Origin: Utricularia gibba | Lineage: Eukaryota > Plantae > Magnoliophyta | Direction: 5' to 3' | Assembly (NCBI GenBank): GCA_002189035.1 | Contig: CM007989.1 | Span: 7,006,001-7,070,000, forward strand | DNA: 64,000 nt | Program-made: the position numbers and the translations under genes | Shown here: positions 49,143 to 63,243 of the stretch, one piece after another | Layout: the number at the start of each line of letters is the position of its first letter | Numbering within the stretch: the first letter of the stretch is position 1 | Notes under the pieces: model-generated | Seen by the model: only the letters and a program-made list of their open reading frames with translations | Databases searched by the model: none | What the model was told of the DNA's origin: nothing

Positions 49143-51323
49143 ATGTATTCGGCTTTTTACCTGGCCCCAGCACCAACAGCGAAGCCCTTTTCGAGAAGGT
49201 TAGTGAACAAACCAGCGTTTCCAGTTTTATCATAGACTTCTCGTTTTCGAATTTTTCGTTTAGTTTTTTTTTTATGTTGCTAAAAACCGAAGATTGGTTG
49301 CCCAAATGTTGTCTGGAGTTAACACCACAATTCCACCTGGGTTGCTGGCGGTGAAGCCTCCGGCGCATCCGACGTATGATTTGAAGGCTGTCATAAAGCT
49401 TGCACTGGCCGAGGACTCCGGGGATCGAGGTTTTTTTTTTTTTTTTGCTCGTTAAACAGATAAAAATTGTTTCTTTGTGGTGTTTATCGTTGATAGTGGA
49501 TAATTGGAATCGTGTGATTTCAGCTAATTTTTGCGTATTAATGGGTATAGAGATGAGAATTTTTTGGCGAGTTTAGGAGATTGCGCCTACTAGCTTTTAC
49601 CGCGATACTTATTCACTAATTCAAATGAGTGTTTAGTGATTGGGAGCGTAGACAGATGAAATGGTCATGTTTCTGATAAACAGGGCCTTCTGTGGGATTG
49701 AAATGGATGAACTTCGCCATTGTTTTGAATGTTTCATTCTGTTGATGTGTTTGTTTCTGAAGCAAGAACCACTTGTTTCCTGATTCTTCTCTGGAATACA
49801 TAACTGCCATCCAGTAGATGTTTTGTATTGCAATGCTTGAAGTTAAGGTGGGGATTTTCCTAACAGGGGATGTGACTTGCAAAGCAACAATACCTTCTGA
49901 AATGGAGGTGGAGGCCCATTTTTTGGCAAAAGAGGATGGGATTGTTGCTGGTGTTGCGCTAGCAGAAATGATATTTAATGAAGTTGATCCCTCCCTCAAG
50001 GTAAAAATCGAGTTTTTTGTTCCATTCTCTCCAAATTCATGTTCTGGTTTGAACAAACGTGTCAATTACTACCGTTAGCTTCTATAATCCATCAGATACA
50101 GTGGCTGAGAAAAGATGGTGATTCTGTCTTCAAAGGCCTGGAATTCGGCAAAGTACATGGTGTGTAAAATCCTTGGAAATTTCATCATGGGATGTTGTAT
50201 ATTATCTCCATACAAGCATTTTCACTGATTTTTCCCCTGCTTCACAATGAGATGTTGCAGGAAGAGCACACAGCATTGTTGTTGCTGAAAGGGTTGTGCT
50301 CAACTTCATGCAGAGGATGAGTGGAATAGCTACTTTAACCAAAGTATGCATCCAAATGAGCCTGTGCTATGAATGAATGCGCTAGTCCTTGAGAACATCA
50401 TCCTGAGTGCTGTTGAAATTCTTAGGCTATGGCAGACGCTGCTCACCCTGCACGCATCTTAGAAACCAGGAAAACTGCTCCAGGCTTGCGTCTGGTGGAC
50501 AAGTGGGCGGTATCATTCTATCAGATTCTCCTCTAGACTTGCACCATCTCCAAAGTTTCTTGATCCATGAGTTTCTTTGCTGTAGGTGTTGATTGGTGGG
50601 GGTCAAAACCATCGCATGGGCCTGTTCGACATGGTTATGATAAAAGATAACCATATATCAGTAGCAGGGGGCATTTCTAATGCTCTGAAAGCTGTGGATA
50701 CTTACCTGGAGCAGAACAGGATCGAGATGGCTGTGGAGGTAGTTCTTGTCTGGCCATAGTTTCCATGTACTCTTCCGGATCTCAAGTCCTGGCACGGTTT
50801 CAGGTCGAAACGAGGACATTAGATGAAGTAAACGAAGTGCTGGACTACGCATCATCAAACAAAACATCCCTGTCCAGGATCATGCTGGACAACATGGTAG
50901 TCCCCTTGTCCAATGGGATGTTGATGTTTCCATGCTCGAACAAGCCGTGCGAGTGATCGATGGAAGGTTCGAGACTGAGGTATGATAGAAGCTGTGCCTC
51001 CATTAATCCTTGATCTGCACTGGAAATGTGAATGTTGCATTTGTCAATTATGCTGTTGTTGTTCTTTCTGTGGTTAGGCTTCTGGAAATGTTACTCTGGA
51101 GACAGTGAACAAGATAGGACAGTCTGGGGTGACATTCATCTCCAGGTTCCAGTTAAAACGCCAAATACGTTTCTGTGAATGATCTGATCTCTCATCTTTG
51201 CACCATTTCTGCTTCTTTCCCTGCAGTGGCGCCTTGACGCACTCCGTCAAAGCACTCGACATTTCACTGAAAATCGACATGGCACTCGCACTTGAAGTCG
51301 GAAGGCGAACAAACCGGGCGTGA
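49143..51323 (+). CDS. QPT: Quinolinate phosphoribosyltransferase (nicotinate-nucleotide pyrophosphorylase), with transit peptide; one apparent homopolymer frameshift at 50915-50917
   Basis: [141 protein letters not shown]. Confidence 0.95.
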
Positions 51324-54300
51324 TCGGAGCACGTGCCTCTCAACCAAAGAAAGATGATCGCCCGTCGGTCAAGTTGGGGAGGAGGGTAAAGAAAAGTTGT
51401 AACTTTCTTCTCCGTTGCGTTATCCATGCAAAAGGTTTCACTTTCACAGTGGATACCACATTTACTATGCATTCTAAGTTTACTCCCCCATCTACCACCA
51501 TTTGTTCAATACATACTCGCAAATTTCTGCATGCTTAGAACACACAAAAACTATAGCAGCAGCAGCAGCAGCCACATCCCAGAAAAACTAATGTACGTTG
51601 AGCAAGATCCACATGGTTCATAAGATGCACCCACCCCAGAACCAAGTCTGATCACACCAAGTCAATCTGTGCCCAAACAGAGAATGGTGGAAGGAGACTA
51701 AACCCAACACACCCAGATCAGCGGAGACACTTCAGATTACCATTTCCCGGGTGGGCAAGATTTTTGTTCAAGATGGCGGCAACCGAGAAAGCGAAGGGTG
51801 TGGCGTAAAGGGAGGTTCCTCAGAAATCAGCGTCACTGTATCATGATCCAATTTTCCTCAGGTCCCAGAGAAAGATTTGGTGGAGTGTCTGGGCAACTCG
51901 AGAATGGACCCAGGATATGGACGTGCGGGGAGGGGTGATCTTTGTCTTTGTAAGAAAAAGCTCTACAGCTTTCTTCTACTTCACACGCAACAGTCGCTGT
52001 TGCCAAATATCCTACGAAAGCGCCCCGCCGGAGGCCGCCTTGGTGAAATCAGAAATGGCGCTGTCAAACGGTAAACGTTTGTAATTCCAACACACCCTCA
52101 AAATTAAAAAAAACAGCATTTCAATTTTCCGTAAATATAAATAACTTAATTCTTAATTTTTAAAATTGTAAAAAAAAACATTTCAAATTATCAAAACTTT
52201 TTAGGAAAGATCCAAACGATTTGTTCAAAATTTTAGACTGTGAACCGATTTATGACATTATAAATTAGTTCTAGTTTTACATCTAAAAAAATTTCATAAT
52301 AAAACTTTTCGCAATAGTATATTAAGTTTGACGAACCAAAATCCCATATTAAGAACATTTGATTATTGTAATTACCGGAATTTGGCGAGAGTAAAAATAT
52401 CAAAAAATAAAAAATAAAAATTATAGATATTATGTATAACGATTATAATGATATTAGGAGTCAAAACTAATTAATAAGAGTTAAATATGTAATTTTATAA
52501 ATTTGATGACAAACTATTTAAAAAAACAAGTAAATTGACTTGTGATGTTATTTTGAAACTTGAAAATTATATTCTTCATACTGATTTTAAATTGAAACGG
52601 TATCGTCTAACTCCAATTTCAACACACCTGTGGATATATATTTCATTCGCAAATATTTTTTGGATAATTATTGTATTTGCTTGGAGGAACATTATTTATT
52701 ATAAAAGTTCGAATTAAACACTAAATTAAACCAGATTTACTCCAATATCATAATTTTTTGGATTTGCTTTAATAATTTATAAAAAATTAAAATAATATAT
52801 GTAAATATTTTTTTTATTTCTACCAATATATTTATAATAAATTAAATTTGATTCAATTCATAGTAAAAAAACATTCAACTCAAAATCATAAATTAAATTT
52901 AAACATTTATAAAACAGTGAATTACTATCAAGTGAATTTTTACTATTAGACACATGTCACATACCTATTTTCTTTTTACTTGAATTATTATTTACGAAAA
53001 TAGTCATTCTTAACCTATTTCTCACATATTTAATTAAAAATTTTATTCTATGAGTAACCACATTTTTCACACATTAATCACTAAGTGGTTACTTTTTTAA
53101 CAAAATGTCATAATTATCAAATCGATGATGTAATAGTCGATCGATAGTATAATAGTGGGTATTCCAATTGAATTAATGCTCTTAGATAGTTACACATATA
53201 TCACTTTTGATTTTTTTTATTTAAATCACCATATTTATCCTATTGGATGAGGTTGATAGTATTACCAAACTCACATGTTTTTAAATATTTAAATAAAATC
53301 TATAACTTATTATTAAGTGATTTTTTGAAACTCTATAGATTGAATTATAGGTATTTATCCATGAATACTAACTGATTAATCAAATTTTAAAAAACTATAT
53401 GATAACGTCTCATTTAATCAAATTATTGGTTGTTAGATAAAATTTGAATCTGTATTAAAAAATTTTGAAAAAAAAAACAAGTCTGCATACAAATATATAG
53501 CATATAAAGCAACACAAACTTGTATGAAAATTGTATTTATGCCCGGTGTTAATAAAGTTAAGTTATTTCAAAAATTGAGATCTTGTAAATATCCTTAATT
53601 AGAGTTTTTTTATTATATTAATTATAAATATTGAAATATTTACAATTCTGATAATTAACATCTTATTTATCATATATTATAATAATAAATGAATATGAAC
53701 AATTTTATCAGAGTATGAATTTACAAATCATCCTATAAATATCAGATATTACTTTTTTATTTGATCAAATAATATCTAGAGAAATTCTTAGGTGAAGGCG
53801 AGAATTTCTCTGAGTACATTAACGCCAGCTGGGGCCACATGGCTGTCTTTTTGTGGTATGTTAAAATTTGGAATAAAAATTGAAGATGACTAAAAATGAT
53901 GTGTGTATGTGTATTTTTGTATAGATTATAAGATTTTGACATGGTGATGATGATTGGAATAGAAACGTAATGTTTTCGAAATCATGTATTATAAAAAAAT
54001 GAAATTTGTTACAAATTCAAATATGATGTAGATATTTTTTATACCATAATCGAAAAGATTTAATTAAATTAAATAATTTTTTCTAGGTTTATTCACCCCT
54101 TCAATCACATATATATTGAAAATTACATTTATTTGATTGCGACTTATTTTTTTAATACATGTATTATTTGTAAATAATTGTATAACCTTTTTAAACATAC
54201 TATCAAAACCCTATGTTTATTTTTTTTAATTAAATATGAATATTTTTAATGTATCATTAATTAAACTACTTCAACAATCTTAATTGGTGAAATTGTACGT

Positions 54301-54943
54301 GTTTAAAAAATTAAAAACGTTGACGAAGCAAATTCGAATAAAAACTGGGAAAAAAAAGGCATGGAGTCAGCAGGCGGTGGGGGCCCCAGTGCAGTCTAAA
54401 TTGGAAATGCAATCGGCGATCACGACCGTCCATTTATGAAAATCCTCCCCAAGATAAAACTAAAATCGCCCTCCACAAAAGTCTATTTTATTTTTCTTCA
54501 TTAATAAAAAATATAATACGAAAATAGGTATCTAGGGTTGGGTGTACGTGGACGGTAATTTTTGGAATTAAATGACGTGTAATTGGAGTAAATGTGTTCA
54601 TGCTCTTGGTCCAAGTACATGATTCACGGGGGGAGGTGAAAATGAAAATGTATATTGGGAGTTCGTACGGCTGGAATTAAATATTGCATTAATTTAACCT
54701 AATTTATTATTATTTTGGGGATTATTCTGGTCCATGAAAAAAGGAAGGCAAAAAGAAATGATTTTACTGATTATAATGAAAAGGAAAATTGAGGTTTTCT
54801 TTTTTCTTTTTTGAGGGGGGGAAATAATCCAGTCCTGATTGCACAAAATCAGAAGCGATGTTCTGCTTACAAGATGCACATGTGTTTTGGGGAATTGTCT
54901 GGGTGAGAAGTTTTTGAGGTGTTGTGGGAGGTTTTTTGAAGTT

Positions 54944-54979
54944 GGGTGGGTGCTCGAGGGCTTGGGATTGCAGGGCGGG
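54944..54979 (+). other. Potential G-quadruplex motif upstream of the FAB1C-like gene
   Basis: Six GGG tracts with loops of 1, 7, 3, 6 and 1 nt: GGGTGGGTGCTCGAGGGCTTGGGATTGCAGGGCGGG. Confidence 0.45.
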
Positions 54980-56071
54980 TTGTTGGAGGAGTTGGGGAAG
55001 TTTGCTGGGAAACTGAGCGGGTGTGCTGGGGAGTTGTGAAGTTGAAGCTGGCAGCGGTTGGAAGGAAGGAAGGAAGGAAGATGGTTATGGAGATGGAGCC
55101 GACAACCGTACTGGTGCAACCGTGAGAAAATGAAGCTTCTTACTCTTCCTTTTTCCGTCTTTCCGTTCCCACCTTCTTCTTATGTCCTTTCTAGTTGTAA
55201 TCCGTAACCTCTCCTCTTCTTTGGGTTTGTAATCTTCTTTACCTTTCTTTTAAGACTCAAGATTCTTAGTTTGTGGTTTTGAAGCAGCGTCATCCATTTC
55301 TCTGAACTGGGTCTTGGGTTATCATTTTCATAAAACTCTGATTTTGTCCCGTTCGTGGGGTGGGATTTCGTTCCTCCGAGTTTGTTGGTTCTAATTAACG
55401 CGTTGATTCGGGGAATTCAGTACCTTGTTGCTTCTTTGACTTTTTTGACAAGTTCAGAGTATTCACCAGGAACCAGTCCGCGGGTCAAACGTTCATCTTC
55501 TCATCAACGCACTGGAAATTTCTAGTATACTGGTAGATTGAGTGGCTTGAAACACTTCACAACACCTATGTCTGCGGTATCATGTCCATATCCTTAATTT
55601 CAGAGACGTCAGTTTGTGTAGCTTCGGAAGCAGGGGCTGCAGGTTGTTCCTGCAGTATTTTGTGACTCAGTTACAGGGGAGTTCTACTTCTTTTCTTGTT
55701 GACCCTGTGATCATGTTTATACCTGCTATTGGAAGAGCTGGAATCTTGGATGAATGTTTGAGAGCGGGCTTGATGTTTTTACACATTTGTTGCAGTGTTT
55801 TGTGATTCTGGTTCTTGGGAAAATCCTTCTTCTTGTTGATAATACCCGTGTTGAACCTTTCAGTTGAGAAGTGAAATGAAACGAACACCATACGTTCTGT
55901 TGAGAAATCCACTTGTTTTTATTGTGGGTGTTAGGGTTTTAGTTTAGTGATAGAGTTGATCTTTTACAACTAGTGTAGTGAGGAAACAGTATCCTTAGCC
56001 TTTTGCTGATTCCTCTGATATCTGAGGGAAAAGGGATTTCTCTTGTGCCAAGTTTTACTGGACTGAAAATC

Positions 56072-59000
56072 ATGGATACAAATAGCAAGACATGTTCCCC
56101 TGGCAAGATCACAGGAAAAGCTTCTCCTAAAGGCCACAATGAAAGCTGCCACTGTGGGAACTGTAATGATGAATTTCGCTGCATGAGTAAAGGACTTCGT
56201 ATCCATTCAAACGAAGTGGCAGAGGCAGAATTAAGTACAAAGTCGAGCAAGCTTTGTCGTGAAGACAGTGAACCTAATAAAAGTGGAAGGGGGTGCTGTG
56301 ACAAAGTGTATCCATCTGAAAATCCAACAGGAAATCCAGAACCGCCGTTTCCAAGTTTTAGTGGTGACGGAGTTCAGGTTCATCCCTCAATTTCTCAGCT
56401 AAAAAGTGAAGATACATCGTCATCATTCAACTCCTCTCTCTACAGGTGTTGAGCTTTTTCTTGTGTCACTTGAATAAGCCGTATTTTCAATTAGTCTGAG
56501 ATTGTAGCTTGTCTTCTATGCCATATCCTAATTAAGTCATCTTTATATTTTTTTTGACATAGGAGCGATGGTGATGAGGGAGAAGATTCCACGAGTACCT
56601 TCTACAGTGCTTCAAATGATTACTTCCATGATTTCACGGATATAGATTCAAGTGATATATTTTACAGCTTCTTGACATCAGGATCAAGGTCTTCAAGCTC
56701 AGCATCTACACCCCATCCTCATTCTGGTGGAGATGTCCACTATGTGCAAAGCTATAGTCCTATGAGTAGTAGTAGTTCCTTCAGTCAGCATCGGGGTGCT
56801 ATACAGCAGCCTGCTGAAAAGATCTGGGATGCAGGAAGTACGAGTGGTCTGCAAGTGCACCATAAGAGTGAAAAGTTGCCAAAGCTCGTGGATTTTGAAA
56901 TGAACAATCTTATATGGCTTCCTCCTCCACCAGAAGATGTCAATGATGACACGGACAACTTATTTACATCCCATGATGACAATGACGAAGGGGGGAATTT
57001 AGGTGATGGGAACCTTCCTACTGCTGATGTTGATATCTTATTTCCTGTCAAGGATGTTGATTGCAAGGAGCCGTTAAAAAGTATTGTAATGGCTCATTTT
57101 AAAGCTCTCGTGTCACAGCTTGTGCATGCACAACATGTGGCACTGGGGGATTGGCTTGAAGTAATAACAGCTATTGCACTGCAAGCCGCAAAATATATAA
57201 AGCCTGATACTAGCAAAGGAGGCAGCATGGATCCTTGTGATTATTTGAAGATCAAGTGTGTTGCTTCTGGACATCGCAGCGAGAGGTAAATATTCAATTC
57301 CATAAAAGGATGTTGTAGATAGCCCTGTGACAAATTTTTAGACCCTGGTGGAAGGTGTAGTAATTGTTTGTTATGATTTTTATAAAAGTTGATATTGTGA
57401 GTCTCGTGGATGACTACTGCTGGCTGAAGCCACCAAGGTAGCTTTGTCTTCTGGTGAAGAATTTAACAAATTTTGAAATCTCAACCAAATGGTGAAGCTT
57501 CCAGTCTCATGTTTCGCTCCACAGCATTATATCTTTTAGAAGACTTTATGGTTATAACCATGCAGTTTTAGTTTGTATTGATGAAACACTGATTTCTGAT
57601 TCGTAGCTGTTATTGGTTCAAGTAAGTGCACGGCTGATCTTTTTAATTTTGCTTGTGTCTAAGCCAGTTTTGTTTTCATCTTTCAAATATGCAGCAAAGT
57701 GGTCAAGGGAATAGCTTGTACGAAGAATATAAAACACAAGCGTATGATGTCACACTACAACAATGCTAGGTTACTGATATTAGGAGGTTCTTTGGAATAT
57801 GAAAAGACACACGATGGGCTGGCATCTGTTCAGGCACTCTTACAACAGGTTCTATTCTGACGTATGACAAAGGATTATGGAATTTGTTTAATTGCTTGAT
57901 CTGATTTTAACTTTTGCATCAGGAAAATGATTATCTGAATACTGTTGTCTCAAAGATTGCGGCACATCATCCTAATGTTCTCCTTGTTGAAAGAACAGTA
58001 TCTTCATATGCTTTAAATATTCTGTATGAAAAGGATATATCTGTCGTTCTCAATGTTAAGAGACCCTTATTGGAGAGGATTGCTAGATGCACTACTGCCA
58101 ACATAATTCCATCAACTGAGCATATATCCTCAGCAAAGTTAGGCCATTGTGAACTCTTTTATTTGGAGAAGTTAACTGAAGACCATGAGACAGCCAATCA
58201 ACTCAACAAAAAGCCCTCAAAAACCTTGATGTTTTTTGAAGGGTGCTTGAGGCGTGTGTGCTGCACGGTATTGTGCCTTATTATGTATGAGCTTTCATGG
58301 TTTTAATTGTGTACAAGAATCACAGTTAATGCATAATTTGATTTCCAGATTGTGTTGAAGGGCGCACCTCGTGGAGAACTGAAGAAAGTGAAGCAGTTAT
58401 TACCATATGCTGTCTTTGCAGCATATCATCTGCTACTAGAGACATCTTTTCTTGCAAATGAGGGCGCTTGTCTTCCTGACATGGATTTGATATCGTCAAG
58501 ACTTAGATCAGAAACAATTTCCATGTGTATGCTACCCACTGATTCTGAAAGCATTACCTGTTACAAAGGAGAAGCCAATCTCTCTAGTATGGATTCCCAA
58601 ACAGAGGATCTTTTGTTGGATCATGGATTAGAAGACTCCCTGTCTGAGCTTAAAAACAGTAGCCATGATTATTTTTCAGTGCCAGATGGAGGCGAGCTTT
58701 GTGAATGTGAAAACACTGATGCTCCTCTTGCTCGTGATGATGCAACTTCAAGATTTTCATCTGATCCTGTTAAGGCACCAGTCAGTCGAGGAGATTGTGA
58801 TACTGATGAAGTTGAAGTTTGTAATACTGAAAAAGTTGATGATGCTGTGGCATTGGATGAACACATTTGTGCCAATGACAATAATCAGAGCATATTAGTT
58901 TCATTTTCTAGCCACTGTATGGTGAATGAAACTGCATGTGAAAAGACTCGGCTGCTTCGTGTGAAATTTTATGGCCCATCTGACAAGCCACTGGGGAGAT

Positions 59001-62000
59001 ATCTCAGGGATTATCTTTTTGATCAGGTAATCCTTCTTTGCACTTGCATTTACTTGCTTTCTCGATTCATTCTCCAACTTCTCTAATTGAGTACTTTTCT
59101 GCAGTCCAATGATTGCAAATGCTGTCATGAACCAATTGGTGCCCATGTCATGTGTTATACTCACAAAAATGCTAATCTGACAATAAAAGTCAGACATCTA
59201 CCGTCAGTTAAGCTTCCTGGAGAACGAGATGGAAAGATATGGATGTGGCATCGATGCCTCAGTTGTGAATTCGTAGATGGAGTTCCACCTGCAACCAACA
59301 GAGTTGTAATGTCCGATATTGCATGGGGGCTTTCATTTGGAAAGTTTCTTGAACTTAGTTTCTGTAGTCATGTTACAGGAAACCGTGCAGCTTCTTGTGG
59401 CCATTCGCTACAACGTGACTGCCTAAGGTTCTTTGGGTATGTGAGATTTACTTGCCAACATTCATGTTCTGATCAACAATATCATCTCATCAATATTATC
59501 TTTTTGGTTGTTTATTTCAGGTTTGGTAGTATGGTTGCTTCTTTCCAGTATTCCAAAATTGATATTCTCTCCGTTCATTTGCCACCGTCAATTCTTGAAT
59601 TCAGTCACCCCATTGAGCAGAACTGGATCAGGAGGGAAGCATATGAGGTTTGTGACTTTATATGAACATAGCAATGCAGTTGTTATGAATAAATGTTTAC
59701 AAATACCTTGACGTCCTTTATCTTGATTGAAGCTTTTTGAAAAATCGGAAGCATTTTACGCGGAGATATCGAGTATGCTCGAAGCTCTTAAGATGAATAG
59801 CCTAAACAGCATGGATGGATTTTCCGATGAGAGTGAATTGCATAGGAGGGTAACTGAGCTGAACGATAAGCTCGTGAAAGAAAAAAATCAATACAAGGTG
59901 AGCACCAAATTTCAGTAGTCTACTTAGCTTGACAATTCCGGAGTCCATCTGCACCAATATTTGGCTCTCTTTTTTTGTTTGGTAAAAAAAATGGACTTTC
60001 TACCTTGCAGGATTTGCATCGACTCGCCAACAAAGAAATCAGTCAAATGGATCAGGCGAAATCTGATTTTCTTGAATTAGAACGTTTGAGTGGTTCTCTT
60101 GCCATGAGTTATCAGTCATGGGATGATAATTTGTACTCGCTGGAAGAGCTTCTTGCAAGAAACACAATCCCAGAGGCTCAAAATGATTATCATATTGGGC
60201 CATCAGATGCAGACAAGCTTTCAAATGGCATTGCATATGATGTTGATTGTCAAGATTTCATTCCAGAATCTTATGAACGGAAAAAGACAAGTGAGGTGAT
60301 GAGTTATTCCCCTGCTGAGAATCTAAGAGAGGTGGAAAGAATGCCTGGAAATGGGGGAAATGCTATCAATAATCGTTCACTAGTTCGACTTCGATCAGAT
60401 GCATCTATCCTATCTGATCGCATAGATTCTGCATGGTCAGGTTTTTGTGAAGATATTGTCACTGATTTGGGCCCTGTTGCGGAGTTTGAACCTGCCGAGC
60501 CAATTGAGCGGTCGAGTTCTTCACCACTTGACCATCTAGGAACAATGTGCAAAAGTGAAGGTGTTGTGAAAAATATGCCATTAGCTCGACTTCAATCTGA
60601 TGCGTCCATCCTTTCTGATCGCATAGATTCTGCATGGTCAGGTGTTGATCAGTCACTGATTGAGGATGATCCAAGCATGTCTCAAACTACATCTTTCCGA
60701 CAAAGAAGCAGGCTGATGGAAACATCAAGAGAGAGTTCATTTGATTCTGCTCAGAGAGCTCAAGAAAGAATGAGGAAACGGCTTCATCCATCTTCCTTGT
60801 ACTTGTCTACACAACGAGGATTTCATTCTTCCGCTGATCTTCAAACAATGACCAGGGATCCTTGTGATTCTGGAAAAATGGATCTTGCTTCTCCTGTTGT
60901 GCCACTGGAGGATGTTGCTTTTGATAATGAGCCAACCAACATTGTATCGTATGCCCTTGGTTCCAAAGAGTATGAAGACTGGATTTTCAATAGGAAAGTG
61001 TCTGGGAACGAAGGAGTCTCACACAGTGGGCTTCTCGCGAGGTTGAATTCTCTAGTTCCTGACCTTTCACCTTGGCATTCCTTCAGTTCAGCCAATGGAG
61101 ATCACACCAACAATGGAGTTTTCACCATTGATGACCAGAATGGCTCTCCTCATCTTCACATTTCTTTCGCTTCTGGGAAGGTCAAGTATTCGGTGATATG
61201 CTACTTCGCAAAGAATTTCGATGCTCTTCGCAGAAAATGCTGCCCCAGTGAAACCGATTTCATACGCTCCCTCAGCCGCTGCAGAAAATGGGGTGCCCAA
61301 GGAGGGAAGAGCAACGTCTACTTTGCAAAGTCCCTGGATGAACGCTTTGTAATCAAACAGGTGACCAAGACTGAGCTGGAGTCTTTTGAAGAATTCGGTC
61401 CCAACTACTTCAAGTATCTGACTGAAGCCGTTGGCCTCCACAGCCCAACTTGCCTCGCCAAAGTTCTTGGCATTTACCAGGTTCTAAAAGCTTTTCGGCT
61501 CGGCTTCCTCACTGCATTCCTCTGGCTTTGTGGATCGGAGTAACATTTTCTGATCTGCAGGTGTCTGCAAGGCAAGTGAAAGGAGGCAAAGAGGTGAAGA
61601 AGATGGATTTGATGGTAATGGAGAACCTCTTCTTCAAAAGAAGCATCTCCAAAGTGTATGATCTGAAGGGGTCAGTTCGCTCCCGCTACATCTCAGACAC
61701 AAGAGGGTCGTGCAAAGTACTCCTGGACATGAATCTTCTGGAAACAGTATGCAAGAACCCCATCTTCGTGGGGAGCAAAGCGAAGCGAAATCTGGAGAGA
61801 GCTGTCTGGAACGACACACATTTTCTAGCAGTAAGACCACGCTTGCACAATCCACATAAACCTACCTTCATGGTCCTTCACTCTGTGATGCAATTTATCG
61901 TTGTGTGCAGTCAGTGGACGTGATGGACTACTCGTTGCTGGTGGGGGTGGACGAGGAACGAAAGGAGTTGGTGATGGGGATCATAGACTTCATGAGGCAG

Positions 62001-62165
62001 TACACTTGGGATAAGCATTTGGAGACATGGGTGAAAGCATCTGGGATTCTGGGAGGACCCAAAAACGTCTCTCCCACAATTATTTCTCCAAAGCAGTACA
62101 AGAAACGGTTCAGGAAAGCTATGACTTCATATTTTCTTACTGTTCCTGATCAATGGACATCATAG
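56072..62165 (+). CDS. FAB1C: 1-phosphatidylinositol-3-phosphate 5-kinase, FAB1C-like (no FYVE domain)
   Basis: LVDFEMNNLIWLPPPPED, HFKALVSQL, GGSMDPCDYLKIKC, KNIKHKRM CCT-like domain, KPSKTLMFFEGC, KLPGERDGKIWMWHRC, PIPK domain WGAQGGKSNVYFAKSLDERF...YDLKGS...MDYSLLVG, C-terminal FLTVPDQWTS*. Confidence 0.93.
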
Positions 62166-62855
62166 ACCATTGTCGCTTCCTCTATATTCTTCATTCTTTT
62201 CAAACCACAGTTCTCTGCGTTGTAATTACGATTCTCATAAAGCAAGTGCTGTTTACACAAATCATGAGCTAAGTAAACTTCATTGGCATTTGATCGTTCT
62301 GCTGAGACTTGATGGTGTCTTTACCATCATTAGAGGTAATCAAAGCTCAAATGGGTAGTGATAATGATAGATATTTTGCCTTACGTAGGTGTGATCGGTT
62401 TTGGTTTGGAAGCAAATGGTTTTCTTAAACCGCCAATTTATCAAACCGAATTCGGAATCAAACAGTTATTGTTTAAATGAATAATGCATTTCCCACGTTG
62501 TTGTGAATGTTATGAATGAATTTTAATTTTGCTGAATCATTTCTAGATATTCTTAGCATTCATTACAATTGTCTAGAATTGATCTAGATATCTTTAGGAA
62601 TTAGAATGAGAGCTTAAAAATTTCTACAAATTTAAATTAAACAAAATATACAATTCAATTCATTGTATAATGAATAATCAATTGAAAATATAAAATTAAA
62701 ATATACAAATATTCGCATGCACCTATAACGGGTCATATGGATGACTTAATAAACATTTCCAACATCTACATTACTCATAAAAACCGTCAATTTCATACTG
62801 GTGAAAACTGATGGAGTAACCAATTACAACACTAGCTTCTAGTAATGGGTATCAG

Positions 62856-63243
62856 TCATTTTGCATGGAAAACTTCTGCATATGCAGTGTTCAATTTGGG
62901 AATCAAAACTTCTGCAGAGGCCTGTGGCTTGGAATGCTGTCGGGTGTATCTATACAGACGATCACGTGTGGAACTTGGAGAAACAGGTCTTTTCTCCGTT
63001 TCTTTCGTTTTTTTTCCCTTACAACAGCTGCATTGCACCCGACTAGGAAACATCATGCTAATCATTTGCTCCATGTTTGTGTCAAAAAACAGTCACATGA
63101 GGCAAGAAAAAGGCTTCCTTCATCAGGCGGAGAAAGTGTCCGGATGCTGCATGAGCCAGAGAATCGGATTTATTATCATTTTTTCTTTTTGTTATTGCAC
63201 GAACACAGAAATTGACTTTCGTCGGCTGCTTGTTGACCGCCAT
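62856..63243 (-). CDS. Small unassigned protein (about 128 aa if one T is removed from the run near 63085), probably preceded by spliced 5' UTR exons
   Basis: ATG 63243 follows a pyrimidine-rich acceptor; MAVNKQ...FLPHVTVF joins DTNMEQMISMMFPSRVQCSCCK...AEVFHAK* with a 1-nt correction. Upstream GT-AG pairs at about 63940/63623 and 63586. Family not confidently named. Confidence 0.45.

Noticed and set aside
49073-49354. 93-aa ORF as the QPT N-terminus
   Set aside because: Wrong frame; the ATG at 49143 splices in phase to RLVAQMLSG and the conserved [10 protein letters not shown].
51835-51862. Box C/D-like words on the minus strand (ATGATA...CTGA...CTGA)
   Set aside because: Spacing is far too short for a C/D snoRNA and no rRNA guide was recognised.
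54694-55119. 141-aa Pro/Asn/His-rich minus-strand ORF
   Set aside because: Product of the G/T-skewed promoter region; low complexity with no domain.
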